From a virus, in the IMG/VR virus record IMGVR_UViG_3300045988_058951, positions 1-32,905 of that record: 32,905 nt of DNA. One strand, given 5' to 3'. Every line of letters starts with the position of its first letter. Within the stretch, counting starts at the first letter, position 1. Of this stretch, positions 20,565 through 31,239 are shown in pieces. A program made the position numbers and the translations under genes. The notes beneath the pieces are model-generated. The model saw only the letters and a program-made list of their open reading frames with translations. It was not told the DNA's origin and made no database searches.

Positions 20565-20984
20565 ATGACAGAAGAATTTGAGCCTGTCACGACGCAGGAA
20601 CAGCTTGACAAGATAGTAAATGCCAAGCTTGAGGAAAACACAAATGCTGTCACAAAGCAGTTTGAGGGATATGTTTCCCCTGCTGATATGGCAGAAAAGG
20701 TCAAGGGCTATGAAACCACTATAGCAGACCTTACGGCAAAGGGCAAGGCGGCTGAACAGAGCCTTTTCAGGGTGAGAGCCGCACAGGAGTATGGACTTCC
20801 TGCGGAGCTTTCCGACAGGCTCAGCGGTGAGGACGAGAAGTCTATAAGAGCCGATGCAGAAAAGATGTCAAAATATTTCAAGACATCACACAATGCCCCT
20901 GATTTCAGAGCAGAGGGCGACCCAAGCAAAAGCAGTGCGGAAAACGTACTTAGAAAAACACTTGAAAAGCTGAAAGGAGAATAA
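20565..20984 (+). CDS. Scaffolding protein
   Basis: 139 aa, helical and charged, immediately upstream of the major capsid gene. Confidence 0.7.
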   Translation: MTEEFEPVTTQEQLDKIVNAKLEENTNAVTKQFEGYVSPADMAEKVKGYETTIADLTAKGKAAEQSLFRVRAAQEYGLPAELSDRLSGEDEKSIRADAEKMSKYFKTSHNAPDFRAEGDPSKSSAENVLRKTLEKLKGE

Positions 20985-20986
20985 TC

Positions 20987-21886
20987 ATGGCAGAAACAAT
21001 TAAGAGAGGCACACTTCTTGAGCCTGAAACAGTAACAAGCATTTTTTCAACAGTAAAGGGTCATTCCACCCTTGCAAAGCTCAGTGGCAGAAATCCTGTA
21101 TCTTTTAACGGCAACGACTATTTCGTTTTCTCTATGGACGATGAGGCGGACGTTATCGGTGAAAGCGAGGCTAAATCCGCAGGCAGTGCGAAGCTCGGAA
21201 AGGTGACGATGAGACCGCTCAAAATCGAATACGGCGCACGCTTCAGTGACGAGTTCATCTATGGAACAGACGAGAAAAAGCTTGAGGTCATGAAAGCATT
21301 TGTAGAGGGTGCGGCAATAAAGTTTGCCCGTGCTATTGACATTCTTGGTTTTCACGGAATCAATCCGAGAAAGAAAACTGTTGTCGCTGCTCTCGATAAT
21401 AACTATATCGACAAGGCGGTAGCTGACAATAGTGCAAAGGTCGATTTTGACAGCACAGACCCTGAGGGCAATCTTGAAGACGCTATTGCTCTGCTTGGCG
21501 ACTACGAGGCAACAGGCTTTGCACTTTCAAAGGACTTTGCCTCTGCACTTGCAAAGCTCAAGGTCAACGGCGTAAAGCAGTATCCTGAGTTTGGTCTTGG
21601 TGCAAATCCAGGCAATCTCAATGGCACGGCTTGTGACGTCAACTCCACTGTAAACTTCAATAAAGGTACAGACAGAGCTATCGTCGGCGACTTTGCGAGA
21701 GCCTTTAAGTGGGGCTATGCTAAGGAACTTCCTTTGGAGGTTATTCCTTATGGCGACCCTGATAACTCAGGCAGAGATCTGAAAGGACACAATGAGGTGT
21801 ATCTCAGAACAGAGGCTTATATCGGCTTTGCTATCCTTGACCCTAAGGCGTTTGCAGCCGTTCAGGCCGTTCAGGCAACAGAATGA
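20987..21886 (+). CDS. Major capsid protein
   Basis: 299 aa with a strong AAAGGAG RBS, positioned after the scaffold gene. Confidence 0.8.
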   Translation: MAETIKRGTLLEPETVTSIFSTVKGHSTLAKLSGRNPVSFNGNDYFVFSMDDEADVIGESEAKSAGSAKLGKVTMRPLKIEYGARFSDEFIYGTDEKKLEVMKAFVEGAAIKFARAIDILGFHGINPRKKTVVAALDNNYIDKAVADNSAKVDFDSTDPEGNLEDAIALLGDYEATGFALSKDFASALAKLKVNGVKQYPEFGLGANPGNLNGTACDVNSTVNFNKGTDRAIVGDFARAFKWGYAKELPLEVIPYGDPDNSGRDLKGHNEVYLRTEAYIGFAILDPKAFAAVQAVQATE

Positions 21887-22314
21887 GCAGCGTTTATGCC
21901 ACTATCGACGACATAGCAGTATACGGACGAAAGCTTACATCACAGGAGCAGCAGGCGGCGGATAGTCTTATCGAGACCGCCTGCGCAAAGCTCCGTGTTA
22001 TAGGCAAGCGTTACGGCGTTGATGTCAATGCCCTTGTGACAAGTGATGAAGACTATGCGTTGACAGTAAAGGCGATAATCTCAAAGGCTGTTGTGAGAAG
22101 TCTTGACTGTTCGGCTGATAATGCACCACCTGCTGTGCAGGCGTCGCAGGCAGCTATGGGCTATTCGGTGTCAATGACTTATCTCAATTCAGGACAATCT
22201 TTATATTTTCTCAAAAACGAATTGAAAGAGCTTGGTATCATTCGTCAGAGGTGGGGAGCTATGGAGGTATATGACTATGAGAACAATGATAAAGGGAATT
22301 TCGGTGAAGCTTAA
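21883..22314 (+). CDS. Head-tail connector (gp6-like) protein
   Basis: 143 aa, ATGA overlap with the capsid gene, and position. Confidence 0.6.
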   Translation: MSSVYATIDDIAVYGRKLTSQEQQAADSLIETACAKLRVIGKRYGVDVNALVTSDEDYALTVKAIISKAVVRSLDCSADNAPPAVQASQAAMGYSVSMTYLNSGQSLYFLKNELKELGIIRQRWGAMEVYDYENNDKGNFGEA

Positions 22315-22618
22315 AGTGCAAACGCAGACAGGCGTTGACGGCTTTGGCAGACCAACTTATGAGGATAGCTGGGAGCTTGTTGACAATGTTCTTGTAGGCG
22401 AGCCGTCGTCTGATGATGTTATAAGCGAGCTTAACTTATCGGGCAAGCGAATAGCTTACACCCTTGCAATTCCAAAAGGAGATACACACGTTTGGGAAAA
22501 CACAGAGGTCGAGTTCTTCGGCAGGAAATTTTGTACCATAGGTTTCCCGATAGAGGGTATCGAAGAAAATCTGCCTCTTAGCTGGAACAAGAAAGTCAAG
22601 GTGGAACGCTATGGATAA
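22277..22618 (+). CDS. Head closure / head-tail adaptor protein
   Basis: ATG at 22277 lies 9 nt after GGAGG (22263-22267). About 113 aa. Called from position. Confidence 0.6.
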   Translation: MRTMIKGISVKLKVQTQTGVDGFGRPTYEDSWELVDNVLVGEPSSDDVISELNLSGKRIAYTLAIPKGDTHVWENTEVEFFGRKFCTIGFPIEGIEENLPLSWNKKVKVERYG

Positions 22619-22853
22619 GGTAAAGATAGTTCTTGACCGCAAGGCAGTAAGGCAAATGCTGCGTTCAAAAGAGGCTGAGAACATATGCCGTGAGTTTGCC
22701 GACAAAGCGGCACAGCGGCTGGGTGACGGCTACGAGGTGTCCACCTATTCAGGTAAAAAGCGTGTGAACGCAAGCATAAAGGCTGTGACCTACAAGGCGA
22801 GAAAGGAAACAAAGCAGAACAATGCTATCTTAAAGGCGGTGCTGAACAAGTGA
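22611..22853 (+). CDS. HK97 gp10-like neck/tail-completion protein
   Basis: 80 aa, overlapping junctions, and position. Confidence 0.55.
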   Translation: MDKVKIVLDRKAVRQMLRSKEAENICREFADKAAQRLGDGYEVSTYSGKKRVNASIKAVTYKARKETKQNNAILKAVLNK

Positions 22854-23197
22854 TAGAAGAAATTATACTGAACTATCTCGGTGAAACCTTAGATGTTCCT
22901 GTTCTTACGGAAGAAGCCCTGGCAACTACGGAAACCTTCGTGTTGCTTGAAAAGATAGGCTCGTCTGAAAGCAATGGGATATCTTCGGCGACATTTGCAG
23001 TGCAATCATACGCTAAAAGCCTTTACGAGGCGGCAAGGCTCAATCACACCGTCAAGACAGCTATGCGTGACGCTGTGACTCTTGATGACGTCATATCCTG
23101 CAAGCTGAACAGCGACTACAACTACACCGATGAGGAAACAAAGCGATACCGCTATCAGGCAGTATTCGACATACGATATTACGAAAAGGAGAGATAA
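22850..23197 (+). CDS. Tail terminator / tail-completion protein
   Basis: 115 aa. The GTG start overlaps the upstream stop (GTGA). It lies directly before the major tail gene. Confidence 0.55.
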   Translation: MIEEIILNYLGETLDVPVLTEEALATTETFVLLEKIGSSESNGISSATFAVQSYAKSLYEAARLNHTVKTAMRDAVTLDDVISCKLNSDYNYTDEETKRYRYQAVFDIRYYEKER

Positions 23198-23199
23198 CA

Positions 23200-23769
23200 A
23201 TGTCAAACACCAACAATGCAAACAACGTTACCGCAGGCAAGCCTAAGATAGGCGGTGCGGTATATCGTGCACCTAAAGGCACAACGCTGCCGACAGACGC
23301 AACATCGGCTCTTGCAGCGGAGTTCAAGTGCCTTGGCTATTGCTCAGAGGACGGACTTTCAAACGGCAATGACCGCTCAAACAGCAACGTAGCAGCCTGG
23401 GGCGGAGATGTAGTGCTCAATATGACCAACGCAGGCAGTGACACATTCACGCTGACGCTCATCGAAACGCTCAACGAGGAAGTGCTCAAAACTGTCTACG
23501 GCTCTGATAACGTCACAACTGCACTTGAGGGCAAGGACATAACAGTTGCCGTGAACGGCGGCTCTGACGAGGAGAGCGTGTATGTTTTCGAGCTTATCCT
23601 CAAGGACGGAGCTTTAAAGCGTATCGTAGTCCCTTGTGCCTCTGTAACGGCTCTGGGCGAGATCAAGTATATGGACACTGACGCAGTGGGCTATAACATC
23701 ACGCTGACAGCCGTCAACGACAGCAAGGGCAACTCACACTATGAGTACATTCACCTGAAATCTGAGTAA
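23200..23769 (+). CDS. Major tail protein
   Basis: 189 aa with an AAAGGAG RBS. It precedes the chaperone and tape-measure genes. Confidence 0.75.
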   Translation: MSNTNNANNVTAGKPKIGGAVYRAPKGTTLPTDATSALAAEFKCLGYCSEDGLSNGNDRSNSNVAAWGGDVVLNMTNAGSDTFTLTLIETLNEEVLKTVYGSDNVTTALEGKDITVAVNGGSDEESVYVFELILKDGALKRIVVPCASVTALGEIKYMDTDAVGYNITLTAVNDSKGNSHYEYIHLKSE

Positions 23770-23784
23770 CAGGAGGAAGATCAT

Positions 23785-24066
23785 ATGCTTAAAGGTATCA
23801 CAAAAAGCGGTTTTGACTATGAGATAGAGGATAAGGCTCTTGACAACTGGGAGCTGCTTGAATCACTTGTGGCGATAGATGAGGGCGACACTGCCGCTGT
23901 CATCAAGGTGGCAAGACAGCTCCTTTCCAAGGCACAGCTCGACAGCCTCAAAGAGCATTGCAGAGATATAGACACAGGAATAGTGTCAAGAAACAAGATG
24001 CTTGCAGAGATCGCCGATATACTGAAAGGCGAAGGCTCAGAGGGCGACAAAACAAAAAACGCCTGA
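23785..24066 (+). CDS. Tail assembly chaperone (G-like)
   Basis: 93 aa with an AGGAGG RBS. It ends just after the slippery heptamer. Confidence 0.75.
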   Translation: MLKGITKSGFDYEIEDKALDNWELLESLVAIDEGDTAAVIKVARQLLSKAQLDSLKEHCRDIDTGIVSRNKMLAEIADILKGEGSEGDKTKNA

Positions 24067-24452
24067 GGGCTGTCTGCGGACTTGCCCATATGATATGCCG
24101 TGATGAGATGTCGCTTGCCTGCGATCTCGCAGAGGTCTATCACATATACGACTACAAAACGCTGCCGCTTTCCTCAGTGGCGGCGTTTTTTATGGGTCTG
24201 CGTCCCGACAGCCGATGCAAGATGCTGCTCTCGGGGGATAAGGTCACTCTTGACACGCTCCTTGCTGCAATGATATATGACAAGCTTGCGTGGCTGCAAT
24301 GGGCTAAAACGAAAGACGGTGCAAGAGGTGTGAACATACCCGAAACTGTTGTTTCAAAGCTTTTAGGCGACAGTGAGAGCAAGACACGAGGATTTACAAG
24401 TATCGAAGAATTTGAAAAAGCAAGGCAAGAACTGATAGGAGGTGAAACGTAA
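23785..24452 (+). CDS. Tail assembly chaperone frameshift fusion (GT-like, -1 PRF)
   Basis: The -1 frame is open from the slippery site to TAA at 24450-24452. The junction reads ...GDKTKK RLRAVCGLAHM... Confidence 0.65.
24054..24060 (+). promoter_or_regulatory. -1 programmed ribosomal frameshift slippery heptamer A AAA AAC
   Basis: The zero-frame codons are ACA AAA AAC, giving the X XXY YYZ pattern. It sits 4 nt before the G stop, in the canonical position between the major tail and tape-measure genes. Confidence 0.7.
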
Positions 24453-27265
24453 TGGCGGAAGGAACTAAGCTTGCGGACGCATATGTGCAGATAATACCTA
24501 TCTCAGAGGGCATAACAGGCAGAATAAAAGACCTGTTCAAAGACCTGCCCGACGAGGGCGACAAGGCAGGCGACAAAACAGGCAGCTCCTTTGCCTCAAA
24601 GCTCAAAAAAGCTGTTGCGGCGGCAGGTGTGGGAGTGGCTATAAGCAAGGTCGTCACCTCTGCATTCACTGAGGGTGCGGCACTTGAACAATCTCTTGGC
24701 GGTGTTGAAACGCTCTTTAAAAAGCACGCTGATATCGTCAAGAAGAACGCACAGGATGCCTACAAGACCGCAGGAGTAAGTGCAAACGAGTATATGGAGA
24801 ACGTCACGAGCTTTTCTGCGTCGTTGCTTTCATCTCTTGGCGGTGACACTCAAAAGGCTGCAAATGTCGCCCACACTGCTATGGTGGATATGTCCGACAA
24901 CGCCAACAAATTCGGCTCGGATATGCAGTCTATACAAAACGCTTATCAAGGTTTCGCAAAGCAGAACTACACAATGCTTGACAACCTCAAGCTTGGCTAC
25001 GGTGGAACAAAGTCTGAAATGGAAAGGCTTTTGCAGGACGCTCAGAAGCTCAGCGGAGTTGAATACAACATTGATAATCTGAGTGACGTATACAACGCTA
25101 TCCACACAATTCAGCAAAACCTTGATATCACAGGCACAACAGCCAAAGAGGCAAGCACCACCTTTTCAGGCTCCTTTGCAAGCATGAAAGCTGCCGCCAA
25201 GAACTTTCTTGGTGTGCTTACATCAGGTGGTGATGCTGACAAGGCTTTCAATGACCTGATAGGTTCGACAGAAACATTTTTCGGTAACGTAAAGCGACTT
25301 GCAAAGAGCTTTGTATCTCAAACGGCAAAGGTATTTGATTCAGCAGTTGGTCAGCTTTTTGAGAAAATGGGCGTTGACGCAGAAAATATAGAGGGTGTTA
25401 TAGAGGGTGTTCACAACGCCCTTAAATCCATAACAGCGGCAATTGTGACATTCATTGCGGTGTCAAAGGTGTCTGCGGTCACAAAGTCCTTTGAGGGGCT
25501 TACTCTGCAAATGATACAAGGCAAGGCTATGGCAACAGCCATGAATGCCGAAATGGCTATAACTCAAAATCTTGCGGCAGGTATCGCCGCAGGTGTTGCA
25601 CTCATAGGCAGTGCGATCATAAATCATTTTGCCAATGAGATAGACGTCACAGAAAGCAGTATAGTGAATTTGTCCGAGAGCGTCAAACAGTTTTCGGACA
25701 AATGTCTTTCCACCAAGAGTGCCGTTGAAAGTCTTCACGAAGAACTTGCCGACAGCACAGACAGTAATAAAAAGCAGGCTGACTCTTATCGTGCACTCAA
25801 TGACAGGCTCAAAGAGCTGAATGAAACTGAAAATAAAAGTGCTGATGAAAAAGCCGAAATGCAATCCATTATAGATCAGCTCAACGGCGATATAGACGGA
25901 CTTAATCTGACCATTGACGAGCAGACAGGCAGCCTTAAAAACAACGCAGCAGCGGTGAGCAATATGCTTGACGCTTATGCGGATATGCAGGACACGAAAG
26001 AGCTGCAGGACAAGCTTGCGGAGGCTCTGAGAAACCAAGCGGCGGCTCAGAACGAGTATGATGAAGCACTTGAACGATACAAGCAGGCTAAGGCTGACGG
26101 CTTGACAGGTGATGATTTTGACGCACTTGCACTGTCGCTGAACACAGCCCACGGCGCACTTCTTACCGCTAATAGCGACCTCTCGACAGTAAGACAATCC
26201 ATAGAGGACGCAAGCACAGCTCAGAAAGAATTTGCAGACGCTTATGCTCTTACCACAGGCTCGATAGCAGAACTCTCGGAAGAAACGCTGTCGCAGATAA
26301 ATGACATCTGCGGCAAGTATGCAGACGCATACAAAACCCAGCACGATCTTGTGTTCGGACAGATAGATCTTCTTGACGAGTTCTGTGGAAAGTCAGATGT
26401 GACCGCCGAACAGCTTATCGCAAATCTTGACGATAACATAAACGGCTTTACCGACTGGGAAAACAACCTTGCTAAGCTGAAGAAAAAGGTCGCAGACGGC
26501 ATTATCTCACAGGACTTTTACAATAATCTTGAAGAAATGGGTCCAAAGGGCGCAGGCTACGCAAAGGCGTTTGTTGATATGTCAGATAAGGAACTCAAGA
26601 AATACTCTGTAAAGAGCAAGGGCATTTTTGACGAAATGAATGACTACGTTGACAGAAGTATGAGCAAGATGAAAGATTCTTCTGCAAAGCTACTTGATGA
26701 GCTTGTGGGAATGGCAGGTCAGCGAAACTTTGAAATGAGAGCGGCATACGAGGTCTTAGGACAGTATGCCGCAGACGGCTATGCGGACGGCATAAAAGGC
26801 AGAATGCCCATAGTAAATGCCACAGTAAGTGAAATGATACGAAACGGCATAACCGCCGCAAGGCTTGCTCAGGATTCACATTCTCCGTCAAGAGTTTTCC
26901 GTACACTTGGCGGATATGTGGGAGAGGGATATGCTCTTGGTGTGGCTGATGAAACGTATCTCGCAGTGCAGGCTTCTGAAAACATGGTCAGATCTGCTAT
27001 ACAAAGTGCCAGCAGTGTTGACAGCAGGATAGATGTATCTTCACTGAGAGAGCAGACAGCTACACAAACTGTGCCTGATACGTCAAACATGGGTATGCGG
27101 TCGGCTATACTCAACGCCCTTGCAGAGTATGCCTCTGTTTACGGCAAAAGCGCCAAACAGCCTATCAATGTAACTGTGGAGATAGACAAGCGAGCTGTTG
27201 GCAAGGCTGTGGTAGAAGATATAAACTCGCTGACAAAGCTTAATGGCAAGTCACCGCTTGTATAG
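24452..27265 (+). CDS. Tape measure protein
   Basis: 937 aa, Ala/Lys/Glu-rich and helical, with a hydrophobic central segment. TAATG overlap with the chaperone frame. Confidence 0.9.
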   Translation: MAEGTKLADAYVQIIPISEGITGRIKDLFKDLPDEGDKAGDKTGSSFASKLKKAVAAAGVGVAISKVVTSAFTEGAALEQSLGGVETLFKKHADIVKKNAQDAYKTAGVSANEYMENVTSFSASLLSSLGGDTQKAANVAHTAMVDMSDNANKFGSDMQSIQNAYQGFAKQNYTMLDNLKLGYGGTKSEMERLLQDAQKLSGVEYNIDNLSDVYNAIHTIQQNLDITGTTAKEASTTFSGSFASMKAAAKNFLGVLTSGGDADKAFNDLIGSTETFFGNVKRLAKSFVSQTAKVFDSAVGQLFEKMGVDAENIEGVIEGVHNALKSITAAIVTFIAVSKVSAVTKSFEGLTLQMIQGKAMATAMNAEMAITQNLAAGIAAGVALIGSAIINHFANEIDVTESSIVNLSESVKQFSDKCLSTKSAVESLHEELADSTDSNKKQADSYRALNDRLKELNETENKSADEKAEMQSIIDQLNGDIDGLNLTIDEQTGSLKNNAAAVSNMLDAYADMQDTKELQDKLAEALRNQAAAQNEYDEALERYKQAKADGLTGDDFDALALSLNTAHGALLTANSDLSTVRQSIEDASTAQKEFADAYALTTGSIAELSEETLSQINDICGKYADAYKTQHDLVFGQIDLLDEFCGKSDVTAEQLIANLDDNINGFTDWENNLAKLKKKVADGIISQDFYNNLEEMGPKGAGYAKAFVDMSDKELKKYSVKSKGIFDEMNDYVDRSMSKMKDSSAKLLDELVGMAGQRNFEMRAAYEVLGQYAADGYADGIKGRMPIVNATVSEMIRNGITAARLAQDSHSPSRVFRTLGGYVGEGYALGVADETYLAVQASENMVRSAIQSASSVDSRIDVSSLREQTATQTVPDTSNMGMRSAILNALAEYASVYGKSAKQPINVTVEIDKRAVGKAVVEDINSLTKLNGKSPLV

Positions 27266-27276
27266 GAGGTAATGCA

Positions 27277-27660
27277 ATGGAATATCTTAAATTTGGTGAT
27301 ACTGAAATAGCTGTGCCGACAACGTTCACAATAGATAAGAAAAAAATAATGTCCGATAATGCAGGGCTTTCCTCGACCTGCAAATATGTGGGTGACGTAA
27401 AGGGGCTACAGACCACGCTTCACATAGAGTGGGCAAATCTTAAACCGCAGGAAGTAGCAATTATAAATGAGTATGTTCTGAATGTGCAGGACGCTGATTT
27501 TCCTGTTACCTACCTTGATGAAACGTTCAACATGGTCACGGTACGTTTTAGGGCAGAGGGTACAACATACGAGCAGTGGGGTTGGGATAAGAAAAGACAG
27601 CTTTGCAAGGTGCTTTCCCTTGACCTTTATGCCTATTCCGGTACAGGTGAGGTGACATAA
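27277..27660 (+). CDS. Small tail protein (distal-tail-like position)
   Basis: 127 aa with an AGGAGG RBS, first gene after the tape measure. Confidence 0.5.
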   Translation: MEYLKFGDTEIAVPTTFTIDKKKIMSDNAGLSSTCKYVGDVKGLQTTLHIEWANLKPQEVAIINEYVLNVQDADFPVTYLDETFNMVTVRFRAEGTTYEQWGWDKKRQLCKVLSLDLYAYSGTGEVT

Positions 27661-28740
27661 ATGTACACAGTAAGCGACATTGTATCATCAAAGATAGAGA
27701 GCTATTGCAGAACGTGGAGAATGGAGCTTGAAGACACAAACAGCATACTTACAGGCGACAAGATAGTATCTGCAAGCAGTACAGCTCAAAGCACGTCCTT
27801 GTCTGATGACATCGAGCTGGGCGCAGTGTGTTCACAATCGTGGAACATGACCATAAGTGACACTGAAACAGCGTTTCTCGGCAAAGAGTATGACACATAT
27901 CTATACCTCATAGACTACGAAACTAGCGGCATACTTGCAGGTGAAAAGATACCAATGGGGCGTTTCACCTGCGTAAAATCAAAGAAATCGGGCGGCAGTG
28001 TCCAGCTGACAATGGCGGACAGGCTGTACTTTTCGGATAAGTCATATGTACCTCACATACCTATGCCGAACTGGAATAAAGCCGTTGAAGACGACATATG
28101 CAGACAGCTTGGTTTGCAGAATGGAAATGATTACACAGAGGTGCGACTACTGCGTGACAAGAACGGCAGAAGGTTGATAGATAAGAACGGCAAGGTGCTG
28201 TACTCAAAATACTTTTACTTCAAGGTCAGCTCAGTACCGAAAGACGTGACCATGCGCCAAATGTTGTCCTATCTGGCTTCTGCTCAGGGCGAGTTTGGGT
28301 ATGTTGACAGGTACGGAAAGTACGTCCGAAAGTGGTATGGCAAGAGTGTGAAAACATTGGATAACAACACAATAGATCTGCCTACTCTTAGCGAACGACA
28401 AAACGTTATCGTGGGCATTATCTGCAAAGTGAGTGATGATGAAACGTTGTCGCTTGGCGTGACGGACACAACACAGGGTAGAGTTTTGGAGTTTGAAAAT
28501 CCGTACATGACAGAGTCTTTGCTACAATCTCTGTGGCGCAGGATAGGAGGCTTTTCGTGGTATACTACAGAATTGTATCACAGATTAGGCGATCCACGTT
28601 TCGACATAGGTGACGTGGTGACCTACACCAACGGTACAGACAGCTATGATATACCGATAACAAATTTAGGATTTACCTTTGACGGCGGACTGAGTGCTGA
28701 TATTTCGGCGGTAGGTTTGAGCGTTGAAGAACAGCTTTAA
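27661..28740 (+). CDS. Tail tip / baseplate-hub-like protein
   Basis: 359 aa, second gene after the tape measure. The family was not determined. Confidence 0.5.
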   Translation: MYTVSDIVSSKIESYCRTWRMELEDTNSILTGDKIVSASSTAQSTSLSDDIELGAVCSQSWNMTISDTETAFLGKEYDTYLYLIDYETSGILAGEKIPMGRFTCVKSKKSGGSVQLTMADRLYFSDKSYVPHIPMPNWNKAVEDDICRQLGLQNGNDYTEVRLLRDKNGRRLIDKNGKVLYSKYFYFKVSSVPKDVTMRQMLSYLASAQGEFGYVDRYGKYVRKWYGKSVKTLDNNTIDLPTLSERQNVIVGIICKVSDDETLSLGVTDTTQGRVLEFENPYMTESLLQSLWRRIGGFSWYTTELYHRLGDPRFDIGDVVTYTNGTDSYDIPITNLGFTFDGGLSADISAVGLSVEEQL

Positions 28741-28753
28741 GGGGGGCGAGATA

Positions 28754-29125
28754 ATGGCTGATGAAAATTTGACATTGTCGCAGGATATCACCGAAAACGA
28801 TTATCCTATGCAACACGCAGGTGAGGAAATCGATGAGATATTGAGCCGAGCCGGCAAGATACACTATGGCACTGTGGAACACAAGATGACGGGAGCAAAT
28901 GCGCTGATGCGGATACCGCTTGGACTGACCTTTGCACCTAAACAGGTCATAGCAACGCTACGGCAGACAGACACACCAACACCATACAAGACGTTCTGCA
29001 CTCATGTGAATGGGTCGGGAAAGTCGTACTATCTGAACGTCTGCATGGGATCTAATAACGGGTCAACAGTGGAAAACGTTCCTGTTGGCACGTACTATGT
29101 TGACTACATTGCAATAGAGGGGTGA
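28754..29125 (+). CDS. Hypothetical tail-associated protein
   Basis: 124 aa from ATG 28754, with a G-rich RBS upstream. Confidence 0.5.
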   Translation: MADENLTLSQDITENDYPMQHAGEEIDEILSRAGKIHYGTVEHKMTGANALMRIPLGLTFAPKQVIATLRQTDTPTPYKTFCTHVNGSGKSYYLNVCMGSNNGSTVENVPVGTYYVDYIAIEG

Positions 29126-31239
29126 TTAAATTGACAATAACACTAAACACAGACTACGACGTAGCCCTAAGCACAGCCCTACTGGGCTATGTCGGTGAAA
29201 CAAATGCTAGACCCGTGTCGGTTGAAGGGCTGACAGTAGACGGCGCAGACCGCTATGTGTTGACTATCGACTATGGCGATGGCGTGACGTATGAGGTGGA
29301 TATCACAGGTGGCACATGGACACCTACGGCTGATATACTGCGGTCAGCGCAGACAGTCAGCTGTCAGATAGCGGCGAAGAAGCTGTCAGGCGATGAGTAT
29401 ATTTTAGTTAAAAAATCACGCATTTTCCGTCTGAGAATAGGTGCGGCTATCGGTGATAATGCCGTGCCGTCACCTGATGTGGCGATGGACGCACTAGACC
29501 GCATAGACGCCATAGGTAAACAGGCGCACGCAGATATGCAGACAGCCGTCACCGCCGCAGAAACAGCGACAACGTCTGCTGAGGACGCAAAGAAATCTGC
29601 CACAGCCGCAGGAGTATCAGCCGATACGGCAACGCAGGCGGCAAGCCGTGCTGAGACCGCAAAGGCGGCGGCTGAAACGTCCGCAACACAGGCAGACACC
29701 GCCATGCAGGGTGCAGAAATCGCACGTCAGCAGGCGGTCACTGCACAGAACGCCGCAAAGATATCCGCAGCCCAAGCATCAACGGCGGCACAGCAAACCA
29801 CAGCTGATAAGAATATAACAGCAGGCTACGCTAAAACTGCTAAGACCAATGCTGACAGCACTGCGGCAGACAGACAGGCGGTGCAGGAAATGGCGGAACA
29901 GGTCACGGTTGACAAGGCGACAGTGGCAGAAAATGCCGCTAAGGTCGCAGAAGACAGAACAGCCGCTGAAACCGCTGCGCAGACAGCACAGGCGGTGGCT
30001 GACAGTTTGCCTGATGATTATGTGACGGCTGTCGGGAAGATAGCCGAGAATACAGCTGAAATAGCTAACGTAAAGCTGACGGATAAAGAGTTGCAAAGGC
30101 GTGTGGACGCACTGTATTCCATCGGTCAGGGTGTGACCCATAAATTTGAAACGGACAGCGAAACGGCGTATCAGAAAGCAGTGCCTACAGGTGGTAAGCT
30201 GATGAGCGTGAAGTCAATAGGCGGTCATTCTGAGGTCATTGACGGGGAAATTGTTAGTGCTGGGGTGACAGAGGTTGTGGAGCAGGGACGAAATTTGTTT
30301 GATGTTGAAAAATGTGCAGCATTAGGTCTGTATTACGGTTTTGAAATTGACACAAATAAAACACTACAAATAGCCCTGAAAGACGAAAAAACGTGTCCGA
30401 CAAATGTGTCGTTTGGAATTGTGTATGTTCATGGCAACACAATGGCAAACTGGCTGATTACATCGAATGGTGTCAGAGAAACTATAACAAATTCTAGGGA
30501 TATGACCGATTCAACACAAATTATGGTGGCATGTTATCCAGGTAACAAAGAAACCATGCAATCAATAGCTGACGCATTTGATATAATGCTTGTGGATGGT
30601 ATATACAAATCAGATACCATGCCAGCCTACGCCCCCTACCACAGCAACGTTTACCCAATCCCAGAAACCATTAGGGCACTGCCTGGCTACGGTTGGAGTG
30701 CAGGAACGGCACGAAACTACGTTGATTATGAGAATAAACGATACGTTCAGTGTGTTGGGAATATGGATTTGGGAACGCTGGATTGGGAATTTAATACGAC
30801 TTCCAGTGTTGGAAATCATTTCTATGCGTACGTGAAACATCTCAATTTTAAATATCTAGGTGTATTTGGAACAACCGTTTATAATGTATTGTGCAGTAAA
30901 TATGTGACAGTTGCGAGAAGTTCCAATGTATTTGTCGATAAAACACTCACGCTAGACGGAGGTAGTACCACAGTTTCGCAAATTCAGGTCAAAGACACCA
31001 CCTACACCGACGCAGCCGCATTTAAACAGGCAATGCAGGGTGTTATCCTGTATTACGAACTAGCGAACCCTATCGTAACCGATATTTCAAACCTGATTGA
31101 TGATGATTTCCTGCGAAATATCGAAGTCGAAGCAGGCGGTTCAATCACGTTCAAAAACGGCAATGACAGCTATCTGATACCAGTTCAAAATGAAGAAGAA
31201 TATATCGTGAAGCTGAGTGAAGTGGGAGGTACAACATGA
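29122..31239 (+). CDS. Tail fibre / receptor-binding protein with Ala/Thr/Gln-rich coiled stalk
   Basis: 705 aa. The GTG start overlaps the upstream TGA. The central low-complexity helical stalk reads TAAETATTSAEDAKKSATAAG...AAETAAQTAQAVADS. The C-terminal half is globular. Confidence 0.7.
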   Translation: MIKLTITLNTDYDVALSTALLGYVGETNARPVSVEGLTVDGADRYVLTIDYGDGVTYEVDITGGTWTPTADILRSAQTVSCQIAAKKLSGDEYILVKKSRIFRLRIGAAIGDNAVPSPDVAMDALDRIDAIGKQAHADMQTAVTAAETATTSAEDAKKSATAAGVSADTATQAASRAETAKAAAETSATQADTAMQGAEIARQQAVTAQNAAKISAAQASTAAQQTTADKNITAGYAKTAKTNADSTAADRQAVQEMAEQVTVDKATVAENAAKVAEDRTAAETAAQTAQAVADSLPDDYVTAVGKIAENTAEIANVKLTDKELQRRVDALYSIGQGVTHKFETDSETAYQKAVPTGGKLMSVKSIGGHSEVIDGEIVSAGVTEVVEQGRNLFDVEKCAALGLYYGFEIDTNKTLQIALKDEKTCPTNVSFGIVYVHGNTMANWLITSNGVRETITNSRDMTDSTQIMVACYPGNKETMQSIADAFDIMLVDGIYKSDTMPAYAPYHSNVYPIPETIRALPGYGWSAGTARNYVDYENKRYVQCVGNMDLGTLDWEFNTTSSVGNHFYAYVKHLNFKYLGVFGTTVYNVLCSKYVTVARSSNVFVDKTLTLDGGSTTVSQIQVKDTTYTDAAAFKQAMQGVILYYELANPIVTDISNLIDDDFLRNIEVEAGGSITFKNGNDSYLIPVQNEEEYIVKLSEVGGTT

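Noticed and set aside
25463-26344. 293-aa minus-strand ORF inside the tape-measure gene (also 24394-24741, 26595-26906 and others)
   Set aside because: These are typical antisense open frames of Ala/Lys/Glu-rich helical genes. They have no RBS and a Cys/Phe/Leu-rich implausible sequence.
29364-30141. Minus-strand ORFs (113 and 120 aa) within the tail-fibre stalk
   Set aside because: They are the antisense reading of the GCN-rich Ala/Thr/Gln repeat region and have no translation signals.
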